64,000 nucleotides of DNA from an uncultured Spirochaetota bacterium. GTDB taxonomy: Bacteria > Spirochaetota > UBA4802 > UBA5550. Positions within the stretch are counted from its first letter, which is position 1. Every line of letters begins with the position of its first letter. Below, one piece after another: positions 20,816 to 33,795 of this stretch. Location of the stretch: the NCBI GenBank assembly GCA_963827275.1, contig CAWHAA010000008.1, positions 32,001 through 96,000 of the forward strand, written 5' to 3'. Both the position numbers and the translations under genes were made by a program. The notes under the pieces are model-generated. The model ran no database searches. It was not told the origin of the DNA and saw only the letters and a list, made by a program, of their open reading frames with translations.

Positions 20816-22174
20816 TCACGGCCCGGCCGGCGTCGCGGCGCTGACGGTGCTGGAAAAATCGGACATCCCGTCGTTGTTGACCGCGGCGATGCGGTAGTAA
20901 TAGGTGGTGCCTGCGGTCAGGCCGGCGTCGGTGTAGGAAACCGCGTTCGCGCCGGTAATCGTGATCGATCTAAAGGCCGCTCCATCAGCTGAGCGCATGA
21001 TTTTATACCCGATTTCCAGCCTTGTCCGGTCCGACCACGCAAGGCGTATGCTGTGTGCCGTTTCCGCGGCCGCCTGCAGGCTGCCAGGCGCCATCAATGC
21101 CGTGTTGGACTGTGGCAGGGGTTCCGCGACCGCCGCTCCCCTGTTCTCGGTCTGCCCGGTGTCATTCAGGAAGATGTCCTGCCACAGCGCCCAGCCGGGG
21201 CCGTGTTCTACATACGCCAGCAATCCTGCCGAGTATGGATCAAGCCGGTTGTTTACCGCCCAGAAATGTCTTCCATAGCCGCCGTTGTCCCGCTCGATGA
21301 CCAGGGTATACCCGTACCCGGCAAGCAGATTTCCTTCAATGTAAATATTGTCCAGGAAACAGTCCTCCCATGTCGCCTGGAAAAAAATTGCGCCGGTGGC
21401 CGCGTGAGACGGTGGATTGGTAAGTATGCTGTTATTCCTGACCAGGGCCAGTGCCCCGCCGAAGTCTCTCATGGTAAATCCGTCCTGGTGGGACTGGCCG
21501 CTGCCCAGGAACCATTCCCCCTGGACCAGGTCGTGGATACAGGTGCCTTCCATTGTGACCGGGTCCTGCCCGTTGAACGCCACGCCGCTCGCAAGCCCGC
21601 TGATGTTGCAGAGCAGGACCTGGATGTTACCGCCGCTGATCGCGATGCTGCCGCATGCCGGGTTGGTGCCGTCGGCGTTCAAGGGGATGGCGCTCCCGTC
21701 GATATCGCAGCGCAGTATGTTGTTCGGCGATGCCCCGGTCCCGCGGAGGAGCGGCATTCCCCGGCCGATCGATTCAGGGCGGAACCAGCAGCGATCGAAG
21801 GTGATATCCCCCGCGGAAAGGTCGATGCCGCCCATGTTAATGCGCTGCCCGGTTATGACGCTGCCGGCGGGAACGTACCAGGTCTGGTACTGGACCTCTG
21901 CCGCCGGCGGTTCATACAGCGGCAGGGTATTTCTATCGATACCGGCCCCCGCAAGGCCGGTGTTGGTCCCGTTAAGCTGCCACCCTTTCAGGGGAGTGAC
22001 CGGCGGGGGCAGAGGCGGGGGCGTCGAAGGATCTGAGGGCGCTGGTTCTGACAGAGAGAACAGAAGGGCCGCACGCTTTGCGTGTCGCTCCCCATCGCCG
22101 CAGGACAGAGGCCCTGAGAGCAACAACAGACTGGTGATGAGGACGATCGGTTTTTTCATCTGGGGGCCTTGCAT
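20816..22174 (-). CDS. Lipoprotein with beta-helix-like region and C-terminal fibronectin type III domain
   Basis: PLSC lipobox, Pro-rich linker, L.WSD...YTD.GL..GTTYYYRI.AVN. Confidence 0.75.
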   Translation of the reverse strand: MQGPQMKKPIVLITSLLLLSGPLSCGDGERHAKRAALLFSLSEPAPSDPSTPPPLPPPVTPLKGWQLNGTNTGLAGAGIDRNTLPLYEPPAAEVQYQTWYVPAGSVITGQRINMGGIDLSAGDITFDRCWFRPESIGRGMPLLRGTGASPNNILRCDIDGSAIPLNADGTNPACGSIAISGGNIQVLLCNISGLASGVAFNGQDPVTMEGTCIHDLVQGEWFLGSGQSHQDGFTMRDFGGALALVRNNSILTNPPSHAATGAIFFQATWEDCFLDNIYIEGNLLAGYGYTLVIERDNGGYGRHFWAVNNRLDPYSAGLLAYVEHGPGWALWQDIFLNDTGQTENRGAAVAEPLPQSNTALMAPGSLQAAAETAHSIRLAWSDRTRLEIGYKIMRSADGAAFRSITITGANAVSYTDAGLTAGTTYYYRIAAVNNDGMSDFSSTVSAATPAGP

Positions 22175-22440
22175 GGGTCAATATTCTTTTTCAATAACAG
22201 CGCATGAATAGACTAAACAACCAGTGAGATGGGACCCCACCGTGTTGAGGCACCATGGTCATCTGCGTAATAGGATGTACGCGAATGGATGAATATATCA
22301 ACAAAAAATTGACGTAAATAAGAAATTTGCCTCTTTCCATCCCGTGTTACAGGATATATCTTGACGTTAAGAAACATCGTGCTATAGTTACGCCGTCTTT
22401 GAAGAAAGCTGCACGAGGAATCAATCCCGGAGGATGAAGT

Positions 22441-23391
22441 ATGAAACATGCCGTAATCGCGCTGACCGTTGTGTGTGCCGCAACCTTTTCATATGCCAGG
22501 ACCTCGCCGGAAGCGTACCTGACCCAGATCCCGGCCGCGCCCAAAAACGCCTGCGGACTTACAGCGGCGGAACAATCATCATACAGGCAATCAGTCCATG
22601 ATCTCAATAAAAAGATGGAGAAGGAGATACGGGAGAGAAAAAAAGAGTCGCAGGCCTATGCTGACACGAACAGGGAAGCGATAGCCTCCAGGATGATAAC
22701 CCTGCCGGAAAGGAGCACAAAGGCCGGGAAAAGCGGGAAGATGACCAGGGAAGAAAAACGGGCCAGGGCCGAGCAGATGATGCGGGAATACGGCGTTTCG
22801 CCGGACGATCCGAAGAAGCTCAAAAACATGAGCAAGGAAGAGCGGCTCGCATGGGCCCAATCATACAGCGGAACGGCGAGCAAGAAGCTGGCGTCCGATC
22901 AGAACTACCAGGAAGCAAAGAGCCAGGCGAAGCCCAACATGGCGCTGCTGGCGGAACAACAGGCCCTGATGAAAAAGATAGAGGACCGCATGGGGGGGTT
23001 CGGAAAAAAATTCGACACTCTGGACCAGGATGCCAAGGCCCTGGAAAATAGCGAACTGGGCCCTATCAGGAAAAAACTGGCTTCGTACGGCGATATTATA
23101 AGCAAAGAACAGGTGCCCCTCGTGGAAGAGGACATGAAGAGGCTGAAGGCCGCCCAGAAGCGCTGCTGTGAGGCGCTCTCGCCCCGGTATCGCGCGCTTC
23201 TTGATGAATACCTGTCCGCGGTTAAGGCCTCCCTGCCGGATTACAAAAGACTGGATGCGATAATAGCCAAAACGCAGCTGGGGCTTGACAGGCCGGTTGA
23301 GGCGAGTGACGGCCTTTCCGGAATCGAGGCGCTGCGCGGTTACCTCGGCCGGCTTGGCAACGTGTTTAAATATGATCACCAGGAGAAATAG
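22441..23391 (+). CDS. Hypothetical secreted helical protein
   Basis: Signal peptide, GGAGG RBS, 316-aa ORF. Confidence 0.75.
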   Translation: MKHAVIALTVVCAATFSYARTSPEAYLTQIPAAPKNACGLTAAEQSSYRQSVHDLNKKMEKEIRERKKESQAYADTNREAIASRMITLPERSTKAGKSGKMTREEKRARAEQMMREYGVSPDDPKKLKNMSKEERLAWAQSYSGTASKKLASDQNYQEAKSQAKPNMALLAEQQALMKKIEDRMGGFGKKFDTLDQDAKALENSELGPIRKKLASYGDIISKEQVPLVEEDMKRLKAAQKRCCEALSPRYRALLDEYLSAVKASLPDYKRLDAIIAKTQLGLDRPVEASDGLSGIEALRGYLGRLGNVFKYDHQEK

Positions 23392-23405
23392 CAGTTAAAG
23401 AGACG

Positions 23406-23873
23406 CTATACCAGATCGGCAAATTCCGCATTGACAATAATTTTCAGGTCAAACGGCGACAGCTTCACCTGCATCCCGCGCGCCCCCGGGCTGACATGTA
23501 TTTCATCGTACAGCTGCGCGGTCTCATCGATAAAAGTCGGGAAGGGCTTTTTCATCCCGATCGGAGAGCACCCGCCCCTGATGTAGCCCGTCGTCAGCAG
23601 CAGGTCTTTCATCTTTATCAATTCGATCTTTTTGTTCCCGCTGGCGTGAGCGGCTTTCTTGAGGTCCAGTTCGCAATTACCGGGAATGACGAATACAGTG
23701 TGCCCCGTTTTATCGCCTGTGGTGACAAGGGTTTTAAAAACCGTTTCCGGTGACGCGCCGATTTTTCGCGCGACACTGACCGCATCCAGCTCATCCTCGT
23801 TAACTTCGTATTCGGAAGTTGAATAGGGAATCCCTTTTGATTCAAGAATCCTTATTGCATTTGTCTTGGACAT
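23406..23873 (-). CDS. ybaK: Cys-tRNA(Pro) deacylase
   Basis: [29 protein letters not shown]. Confidence 0.93.
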   Translation of the reverse strand: MSKTNAIRILESKGIPYSTSEYEVNEDELDAVSVARKIGASPETVFKTLVTTGDKTGHTVFVIPGNCELDLKKAAHASGNKKIELIKMKDLLLTTGYIRGGCSPIGMKKPFPTFIDETAQLYDEIHVSPGARGMQVKLSPFDLKIIVNAEFADLV

Positions 23874-24059
23874 TGTCGGCGGTTTTAATTTTCAATGATA
23901 GTGCCCTGAGGGCAGGTTGTGACCCGGTAGTATTCCCGTAAATCCTGTTATTATAATGGTATGTTTAGCAAGCAAAATTTGATACGGGAAGGAGGAGCGG
24001 CGGCATGCGTGATGGCGGCGCTCGTGAGGGCGCAATCGGCTATGCGGAGGGCCAGTCGA

Positions 24060-24899
24060 TTACTCACCCTGGCCCGGCGCTTCGGGATTGAGCCGCTTCT
24101 CGAGCTCCTGCCGGAGCTGTTCCTCCCGTTTCTGCGCGGTGGTCTCGCGCGAAATTGCGAGGATCATGGACAGGCCCTGCCCGCGGTCCTCGACCGGTAC
24201 GACCCGGACCTCCCACCATCGAGGGCCGCCGCAGGCGCTGCTGAAGGCATCGAACCGGCCGACGATGCCATTCCGGGCGAGGTGCACGGCCGCCCGCGCG
24301 GCAAGGCTGTTGGTGCCGTCCCACAGGTCGGCGTAATGGCAGCGGACCGCCGCGTGGGCACCTGATGCGCCGAGACCGGCGAGCCCCGCGCCGTTCATGA
24401 ACAGAACACGTCCGTCACGCTCCAGAAAAGCGATGGCGTCGGTGCTTTCGTCGATGACATGCCGGTAGAGCCCGTCATAGAGACGGGACGCTTCCGGCGG
24501 GATGCCGGGCTGGGTTATCTCCTCGATAACGAGTATGATGCAGAACAGCATGCCGGCGTCGTCTTCAACAAGATGGTGGTGGAACCGTCCCTGACGCAGC
24601 GAACCGTTTTTATGAATGAAATGCACGGTGATGACCGCATCCGCGTCAAGGTGCAGGCCCGCTTCCGTACGGTACATGGGGTGAACAATGTCAAGGACTG
24701 AAAGGCCGAGGAGATCGGCCTCGCTATAGCCGGTGACGCGGCAGAATTCCGCGTTGGCACGTAAAAATTCCAGGCCCGGGCTTATGACCGCCTGCGCCAT
24801 GTCCGAGAGGTCAAAGGCGGCGCGGTACACGTCCTTTTGCTTCATGATCGCTTCGAGGGCGATCTCATTGTAATTGGTCACGGTGTTCATGGGCATCAC
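24060..24899 (-). CDS. Tandem PAS-domain protein without output domain
   Basis: AN.EFC.VTGYSE.DL, DIVHP; second PAS D.I.FL..DG.V.FMN. Confidence 0.75.
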   Translation of the reverse strand: MMPMNTVTNYNEIALEAIMKQKDVYRAAFDLSDMAQAVISPGLEFLRANAEFCRVTGYSEADLLGLSVLDIVHPMYRTEAGLHLDADAVITVHFIHKNGSLRQGRFHHHLVEDDAGMLFCIILVIEEITQPGIPPEASRLYDGLYRHVIDESTDAIAFLERDGRVLFMNGAGLAGLGASGAHAAVRCHYADLWDGTNSLAARAAVHLARNGIVGRFDAFSSACGGPRWWEVRVVPVEDRGQGLSMILAISRETTAQKREEQLRQELEKRLNPEAPGQGE

Positions 24900-25084
24900 C
24901 TGCTTTCTTTCTCTCTACTGACAAGATAGGTGGTCGCGGCCCGTATGACAATGACCGGTTTTATGTGTTTGTCGTGCCGGGAATATGTTGCTGCGGTGTA
25001 GCGGAATCTGTCAGGGAGGGTAATGGCAGCCTATGAAACGCGGTTCCGTGGGCTGTGATGCGACATAACGGCGCGCCGGAGCTT

Positions 25085-27121
<2,037 letters not shown>

Positions 27122-27348
27122 GTTTTTCCGCCTTTCATAAAATATAGCACAATATCGTTACAAGCGCCATAGCCGACAGAAATAATAACGCACCGGGATA
27201 GTACGTCACAATACCGGCCGTTATTGTATAATTAATATTAAATTAATTCATATTTTTTATTGACAGAAAAGAGGGCGTATATATTTTAAATCTTCCTGTA
27301 ATTTTTTGCCATTTTTTTGGGAAAAATCATATAAAGTACGAGAAGATC

Positions 27349-27789
27349 ATGAAAGGCATACAGAAAACCTACTCAATGAAAGCGTCGGAAATCAATAAAA
27401 AGTGGTTTCTGATCGACGCCGACGGGAAAGTGCTCGGCAGGCTTGCTTCCGAAGTGGCGAGGATACTCCGGGGCAAAAACAAGCCGACCTTTACGCCGAA
27501 CCTTGACATGGGCGACAATGTCATCATCATAAACGCCGAGAAGATCGTCATGACCGGCACCAAGGGCGAGGACAAGGAATATTTCCGTCATTCCCAGTAC
27601 CCGGGCGGCATCAAGTTCGTGAATATCAAGAAGATTAAAAAAGAACGGCCCGAATACGTGATTGAGCATGCCGTGAAGCTCATGCTGCCGAAAAGCAGGA
27701 TGGGAAGGAAGATCTTCGGCAATTTGAAAGTTTACACCGGCAGCGAGCACCCGCACCAGTCGCAGAAGCCGGAACCACTTGATATATAG
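27349..27789 (+). CDS. rplM: 50S ribosomal protein L13
   Basis: DA.GKVLGRLAS, GKNKPTFTP, HPHQSQKP. Confidence 0.98.
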   Translation: MKGIQKTYSMKASEINKKWFLIDADGKVLGRLASEVARILRGKNKPTFTPNLDMGDNVIIINAEKIVMTGTKGEDKEYFRHSQYPGGIKFVNIKKIKKERPEYVIEHAVKLMLPKSRMGRKIFGNLKVYTGSEHPHQSQKPEPLDI

Positions 27790-27799
27790 GGGAGAGTCT

Positions 27800-28189
27800 A
27801 TGTCGAACCGTTATTACGCAACAGGAAGAAGAAAAACCTCCGTGGCCAGGGTATGGCTCGCGCCCGGCTCCGGGAAGATGATAATCAACAAACAGCCGAT
27901 AAACGAATACTTCAGGCGCCAGACCCTCGAGCTTATCGTGCGCCAGCCCCTCGAATTCGCGGGCATGCTGGACAAGTATGACGTGCTGGCGATCGTCGAC
28001 GGCGGCGGCTGGTCCGGCCAGGCCGGCGCGGTCAAGATGGGCATCGCCCGCTGTCTGGTGAAGTGCGACGAGAAATTCAAAAAGCAGATGCGCGACGGCG
28101 GGTTCCTGACCCGCGATTCCCGGGAAGTCGAGCGGAAGAAGCCGGGGCAAAAAAAGGCGAGAAAGAGGTTCCAGTTCTCGAAACGGTAA
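27800..28189 (+). CDS. rpsI: 30S ribosomal protein S9
   Basis: TGRRKTSVARV, ERKKPG.KKARKRFQFSKR. Confidence 0.98.
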   Translation: MSNRYYATGRRKTSVARVWLAPGSGKMIINKQPINEYFRRQTLELIVRQPLEFAGMLDKYDVLAIVDGGGWSGQAGAVKMGIARCLVKCDEKFKKQMRDGGFLTRDSREVERKKPGQKKARKRFQFSKR

Positions 28190-28210
28190 CAGTGTCTTAT
28201 ATCGCGCGGA

Positions 28211-28242
28211 AAAGAGGATGCCTGCTACGCATCCTCTTTTTA
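28211..28242 (+). terminator. Rho-independent terminator after rpsI
   Basis: GAGGATGC-CTGCTAC-GCATCCTC followed by a T run. Confidence 0.75.
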
Positions 28243-28258
28243 TTTTCAGGGGGCGGGT

Positions 28259-28882
28259 GTGGCCACGATCATCAAAACACGGCTGGCCGACGAATGCATC
28301 GCGGTCGAGTTCGACAGCGGCGAGGTCATGAAGATCCCGTGCGGGGCGGCGGGGCCGTTCCGTCTCGAGGCCGGGAAGACCGTGGACGCCGATGAATACA
28401 CGCAGATGAAGGCCGAATCACAGCGGCACCAGTCGAAAAAAAAAGCGCTCGACTACCTCGCGATATGCCCCCGCTCGGCGAAAGAGATGGAACGCTACCT
28501 GTCCCGGAAGGGCTTCGACCACGACCTGGTCCGCGAGATCGTGGAGGGGCTCAGGGGCGCCGGGTACCTCGACGACGCCGATTATGCGGCGCGCTATATA
28601 GCCAACCGCTGCGGGAAGAAGCTCATCGGGAAGAACCTCCTGACCAACGAGCTGCTGAAGCGGGGGGTGGCGCGGGACGTTATCAGGGACGCGCTCAGGG
28701 AGGCGGGACCGCTACTTTCATCTTTTGACGACGTGCTGGCGCTTGCGGAAAAAAAGTACGCGGGCATGAAGGACAAAAAGAACGGGCTCGCGAAGCTCGC
28801 GTATTTCCTCCGCGGCAGGGGCTTCGACCCGGAGCTGGTGGCCCGCGTCATCGACCGGGTCGGACGCGGCGATGAGGAGTGA
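28259..28882 (+). CDS. recX: Regulatory protein RecX
   Basis: ALDYL...RS..E...YL.RKG, GYLDD.DYA, L..RGF. Confidence 0.9.
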   Translation: MATIIKTRLADECIAVEFDSGEVMKIPCGAAGPFRLEAGKTVDADEYTQMKAESQRHQSKKKALDYLAICPRSAKEMERYLSRKGFDHDLVREIVEGLRGAGYLDDADYAARYIANRCGKKLIGKNLLTNELLKRGVARDVIRDALREAGPLLSSFDDVLALAEKKYAGMKDKKNGLAKLAYFLRGRGFDPELVARVIDRVGRGDEE

Positions 28883-28890
28883 GAAGAGGC

Positions 28891-29604
28891 CTACGGGATA
28901 AACCTGCCCCTGTCAGCCATGAAGTCGCGGTAAATGCGGAAGTGCTCGGTGTCTTCATACCGTATCGTGCCGATCGGCGCGCGGTCGAAGCTGAATATGG
29001 CCGCCCCCGGGAGGGCGAGCAGGATGGGCGAATGCGTGGCGATGATGAACTGCGCGTGCCCGCCGGCGGCGGTTTCACGGAGGAGCGCGAGGAGCTCGAT
29101 CTGCCGCGCCGGGGAGAGGGCGTTTTCCGGCTCGTCCAGGAGATACAGCCCCCTGCGGGCGAAGCGGCTCCTGAAGAACGCCATGTGGCCCTGGCCGTGC
29201 GACTGCTCCATGAGCGATTTTCCCCCGAAGTATTCCAGCGTGGCCGGCGACATCGAGGCCCACTCGTCGAGGTTCACCGCGAAATTCCTGAAGATCTCGG
29301 ACGCGAAGAAGGAGCCGGGCACCGGCCCGTCCGCCCATTCCGCGTCGATGTACCGGTGCAGCTCGCGCTCGTGCGGGTTATAGTGGGCGCGGGTCCGCTC
29401 CATGCCCTCCCATATGTGGATGCGGCATTTCATCGCTATGGCGCGGAGCAGGGTGGACTTGCCCGATCCGTTCTCGCCGATGAAGAACGTCACCGGCCCG
29501 GAAAAAGCGACGTCCTTCGTGGCCCTGAAAATCGCCAGGTTGAAGGGGTAGAGGTCGTCAGCCGGGTATTCGGCGGGTCTCAGTGTGATTCGTTTCAGGT
29601 GCAT
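28891..29604 (-). CDS. Predicted ABC/AAA-type ATPase
   Basis: GENGSGKST, QSHGQG, LLDEPENALSP, IATHSP. Confidence 0.88.
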   Translation of the reverse strand: MHLKRITLRPAEYPADDLYPFNLAIFRATKDVAFSGPVTFFIGENGSGKSTLLRAIAMKCRIHIWEGMERTRAHYNPHERELHRYIDAEWADGPVPGSFFASEIFRNFAVNLDEWASMSPATLEYFGGKSLMEQSHGQGHMAFFRSRFARRGLYLLDEPENALSPARQIELLALLRETAAGGHAQFIIATHSPILLALPGAAIFSFDRAPIGTIRYEDTEHFRIYRDFMADRGRFIP

Positions 29605-29808
29605 ATTTTTCCGCGCCTTCCAAGCCATGATGGGACATGGCGCATATATCATACCCTCAGAAAGAGAATGTTTTGTAAAGTATTCTTTTCTGTCGCACGA
29701 ACAGTGCGCGGGTCCTTCCCTGCCACCGCGTATAAAAATTCCGGGCACTATGCCCGCGAATTTTTTCAGACAGGCGAAATGATCAGGCGGCGGATTGCAT
29801 GCTCGTCG

Positions 29809-30283
29809 TTACTCCGGGTTCCCGTAATTATTGAACAGGAGGAACCGCCTCGCGAAGAAATTCCACAGGGAAACAAGAATGCCGGCGGCGATTTTCGAAG
29901 AGTAGATAGTGGAACCCCGTCCCCTCCGTGAACAGGAACATCAGAAGCTCGGTCAGCCCGAGCCCGATGAACCCGATTATTATGAAGACCGCGTATTCCG
30001 GCATGCTTTCATACCTGGGGATGTACGCGTTGAATACTATTCTTTTGCAAAGAAAATAATTTACCGTGGTGCCGGTTATGAAGGCAATTGCCGCAGAAAC
30101 AAGATACTGGAGCCCGAGCTCGGTGAAGATGAATAGCAGCAGATAGTCAACCGCGAAAGCGGCGATCCCGGCCAGGGGATTTCTCGCGAACTGGATGACG
30201 ATGTTGTCGGTTGGCCGCCTGAATACGCCGTCCCAGTCGCTGTCCCGTATCAGTCTTCCCAGCTCTCTGAATGTATCTCTCAT
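29809..30283 (-). CDS. GtrA-family membrane protein (frameshift near 3' end)
   Basis: GtrA-like helices; C-terminus SKIAAGILVSLWNFFARRFLLF continues in another frame. Confidence 0.75.
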
Positions 30284-30572
30284 CGCATGTATCACCGCCG
30301 CAGGGATTGCAAAGCCTTGCATGCGGGACGTACCCTGTCAATAGTTTAACGTTTACATGCTTGGAGCGTGTCATTCCTCTAACTATGAACATCCGGCAGA
30401 TTGATAACCGGGGTTTACTCCAAAATAGCTGGTTGTTTCACCTGCTTATTAGAATGATAATTCTAATTTACAAACACTTTCTGAGTAATTCTTTTTTTAT
30501 TATGCTTGTATGAATGGCAATATAATTATATAATTTATTACAGACCGTCTGCAAACAAGTGATTCATGGAGA

Positions 30573-33500
30573 GTGGAAATTATGAGGAACCTTGTTGGAT
30601 TTTTTATAAACAGGCCCATGTTAATCAACATTATTGTGTTAGCGATAATCGCGCTTGGAGTTAAAAGTGCAACAGAGATTCGCAAAGAAGGCTTTCCGGA
30701 AATTTCAATGAATAAAATTATTATACAAACAATATATCCGGGCTCCTCGGCTGGTGATGTTGAATTAAACGTTACGGTTCCAATAGAAGATGCACTTGAG
30801 GAAATCGAGGGGATAAAGGAAATATTATCTGTTTCGGAGGAGGGAGTTTCAAGAATTGAAATACAAGCGGACGACAACGCTTCTCCAGAAGAATTCAGGA
30901 AGCTCTATAACGATGCTGAAAGCGCGCTTGCGTCAATAAGCGATCTGCCGAAAGATATTGAAGGGAAACCCTCAATCCAGGAATTCACATCATCAGATGT
31001 TCCCGTAATGGAGATTTCCTATACTGGGGAATATAAAATTCTTAAACCTTATATAGACCGTCTTGAATTGAAGCTAAAAAAATTATCAGGGGTGTCCAAC
31101 GTTACAACAATTGGAATTCCTGATGAAGAAGTTCAAATTCTGGTGGATCCTGTCCGAGCCCGTGAACAAAAAATAGATTTGAAGATGATATTACGGGCCA
31201 TACAGAAAAGAAACCTTGAGGGCTCTGGCGGTACACTTGAATCATTTATCGGTGAAAAGAAAATTGTTTTTTTAAGCAAATTTGACCGTTATCAAGATGT
31301 CCTGGATACAAATATAATTATGAATAATGAGGGCTTCGGTACAAAACTAAAACAAATAGCGAACCTGAAAGTCATTCCCAAAGAGAGTAACCTTATTGTC
31401 AGAAACAATGGGGACAGAGGGGCAACTATTTCTATTAAAAAAACCGGATCAAGCGATCTTATTAAAACAGTTGATGGTATCAACAGTTTTCTTGAAAAGG
31501 AAACCCTTCCAGATGGAGTTGTATGCAAGGTGCTTTTCGACCAGTCGAGACTTACAAGAGACAGAATCAGTCTCCTCGCGGGGAACGCAGTTCTCGGTTT
31601 TATTCTTGTCGTTGCCGTTCTTCTCATGATATTCAACATCAAAACAGCTGTCTGGACCGCCTTCGGCATTCCATTCACCCTTTGTGGAATGTTTATCTTT
31701 ATGAAAATTTATGGCATTTCTCTGAATCTTATATCCCTTGGCGCTTTTATCATTATTCTCGGAATGCTGGTCGACGATGCCATCGTTATAGCAGAAGAGA
31801 TAAACAGTAATAAGGAACAAGGGATGGAACCTAAAGATGCGGCCGTTGAAGCTGTAAAAAAAATGTGGGTTCCAGTAGCTGCTTCTTCTCTTACAACCAT
31901 GGTGGCATTTTCTCCGTTATTTTCTCTCGGTGGCTTCCCCGGTAAATTTATATGGGCAATTCCTCTGATGGTGATTGTTGGTCTTTTAATATCACTTTTT
32001 GAAAGTTATTTTTTACTTCCTGGCCACATGAGTCACGGTAAGGTTAAAAAAACTTTAAAAAAACCCTTTGTGATAAAATTCGAAAATTTATATGAAAAAG
32101 CAATGGTCAAAGCAGTTAATCGTAAATATCTTTTTATTTCATTAATGGTTATTCTACTAATGGCTTCTGTAGTTCTCTTTGCCCGATTTGTCGATAAAGA
32201 CCCTTTTCCGCAGGATGCGGCTGAAGGTTTTAGCATAGCAGTCACTCTACCGAAAGGCTCGCCTCCTGAGGAAACAGAAAAATCAGTAATTGAAATGGAG
32301 CAACTGCTGAAAAAACTCCCCGAGAATGAGATTGTAGGATTCAGTTCGAGGATCGGCACCCAAAGCCTGTTAAGCGCCACCACAATGGGAACGCAAAACA
32401 ATATCGCGGTTATCTTTGTTTATTTAAAACCATTCTCTCAGCGGGACCGTACTGCAGATCAGATAATGGCAGCACTGAAAAAAGATATAACACGGGCTGC
32501 GGTCCAATCTCATTCACTTTTTGTAATGAATCTAAGCAGACTAGGGCCACCCATGGGACGCCCCTTTGAGATTAGAATAATTTCTAACGACAACGAACTT
32601 CGAGGAAATAAAGAAAGAGAAATCAGAAAATATTTAAAGACACTACCGGGGATATTTGATATTGAAAATGATGATATCGAGGGGAAAAATGAACTAAATC
32701 TTAAAATCAACCATGATATTCTTTCAAGAACCGGCCTTACTGTCGAGGATGTCCTGACAACTCTTCGTATCGCATTTGACGGAATGATAGTCACTAACCT
32801 GTCAACTGTAGACAAAACTATTGAATTCAGACTGCGTCTGAATGAACGCGCGAGAGCAGATAAGAATTTTATCGACAACCTGCCTATCGCAAACAGCATG
32901 GGAAATATAATAAATCTATCGATGTTTACATCTTTGGTGGAACAGCAATCACGCGCCGGAATTCATCATATAAACGGCATCAGGGCCACAACCATTTTCG
33001 GGAATACCGACCTGAAGAAAATATCCCCCGTTGAGGTAATGAACAAGGTGCGGTCATTATATCCTTCTGATGCAAATGTTGCTATAGAATACTCCGGCCA
33101 ACCTGTTGAAACAAATCAAATTTTTTCAGGGCTTGCCTCAGCCGCTCTGGCCGCCTTTGTCGGCATTTATCTTCTTATTTCGCTTATACTTAATTCTTTC
33201 TCAAAACCTTTGATAATAATGACTTCAATCCCCTTTCTTGTTATCGGGTTTGCTTTTGTTCTGATTACTCATGGCATACCCGCTTCGATGATGGGAGGTA
33301 TTGCTATGGTAGGTCTTATGGGGGTTATTGTTAACAACTCCATTATTATGGCTGATACAATCCGCGGGCTTTCGGGTGATCATCAAATTACTAAAAATAT
33401 TATTATTAAGGGCGCAGTCTCGCGTCTCAGGCCGGTTCTCCTGACTACAATAACAACTGTATTTGGAGTTCTTCCAACAGGTTACGGTATAGGCGGTTCT

Positions 33501-33683
33501 GACCCGTTCCTTGCGCATATGTCGCTTGTACTGGCCTACGGTTTGCTTTTTGGCACAGCTATTACACTTTTCATGGTTCCATTATTGTTTACTGCAAGTG
33601 TAGATATTTCCAATAGTGCAGTCAGAATAACTAAAAAATTTAACATTACCTTTCTTTCCAGGTATCTGCCTCCTCTCAGGTAA
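30573..33683 (+). CDS. RND efflux permease (AcrB/AcrD/AcrF family), AT-rich, no adjacent partner genes
   Basis: YPGSS..DVE..VT.PIE, GMLVDDAIV, GVIVNNSI, RLRPVLLTT. Confidence 0.93.
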   Translation: MEIMRNLVGFFINRPMLINIIVLAIIALGVKSATEIRKEGFPEISMNKIIIQTIYPGSSAGDVELNVTVPIEDALEEIEGIKEILSVSEEGVSRIEIQADDNASPEEFRKLYNDAESALASISDLPKDIEGKPSIQEFTSSDVPVMEISYTGEYKILKPYIDRLELKLKKLSGVSNVTTIGIPDEEVQILVDPVRAREQKIDLKMILRAIQKRNLEGSGGTLESFIGEKKIVFLSKFDRYQDVLDTNIIMNNEGFGTKLKQIANLKVIPKESNLIVRNNGDRGATISIKKTGSSDLIKTVDGINSFLEKETLPDGVVCKVLFDQSRLTRDRISLLAGNAVLGFILVVAVLLMIFNIKTAVWTAFGIPFTLCGMFIFMKIYGISLNLISLGAFIIILGMLVDDAIVIAEEINSNKEQGMEPKDAAVEAVKKMWVPVAASSLTTMVAFSPLFSLGGFPGKFIWAIPLMVIVGLLISLFESYFLLPGHMSHGKVKKTLKKPFVIKFENLYEKAMVKAVNRKYLFISLMVILLMASVVLFARFVDKDPFPQDAAEGFSIAVTLPKGSPPEETEKSVIEMEQLLKKLPENEIVGFSSRIGTQSLLSATTMGTQNNIAVIFVYLKPFSQRDRTADQIMAALKKDITRAAVQSHSLFVMNLSRLGPPMGRPFEIRIISNDNELRGNKEREIRKYLKTLPGIFDIENDDIEGKNELNLKINHDILSRTGLTVEDVLTTLRIAFDGMIVTNLSTVDKTIEFRLRLNERARADKNFIDNLPIANSMGNIINLSMFTSLVEQQSRAGIHHINGIRATTIFGNTDLKKISPVEVMNKVRSLYPSDANVAIEYSGQPVETNQIFSGLASAALAAFVGIYLLISLILNSFSKPLIIMTSIPFLVIGFAFVLITHGIPASMMGGIAMVGLMGVIVNNSIIMADTIRGLSGDHQITKNIIIKGAVSRLRPVLLTTITTVFGVLPTGYGIGGSDPFLAHMSLVLAYGLLFGTAITLFMVPLLFTASVDISNSAVRITKKFNITFLSRYLPPLR

Positions 33684-33717
33684 AGGCCCGGGGGACACAA
33701 TGAGCTTTATGTGAAGC
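33660..33717 (+). repeat. Degenerate partial copy of the 127-bp repeat
   Basis: AGGTATCTG...GCCCGGGGGACACAATG..CTTTATGTGAAGC aligns with AGGAATCTG...GCCCAGGGGACACAAAG..TTTATATGAAGC. Confidence 0.7.
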
Positions 33718-33748
33718 AAGTATGTGAGATCGTCCTGCAACTAATATA

Positions 33749-33795
33749 AATATATAGGAATCTGTTGCCTCATCAGTACAAGCCCAGGGGACACA
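33749..33795 (+). repeat. Partial (first 47 bp, exact) copy of the 127-bp repeat
   Basis: AATATATAGGAATCTGTTGCCTCATCAGTACAAGCCCAGGGGACACA. Confidence 0.95.

Noticed and set aside
30370..30435. Possible very degenerate repeat at the island's left edge (TTCCTCT...TGAA...AAAATAGCTGG)
   Set aside because: Matches are short and spacing differs from the canonical repeat; cannot be distinguished from chance.
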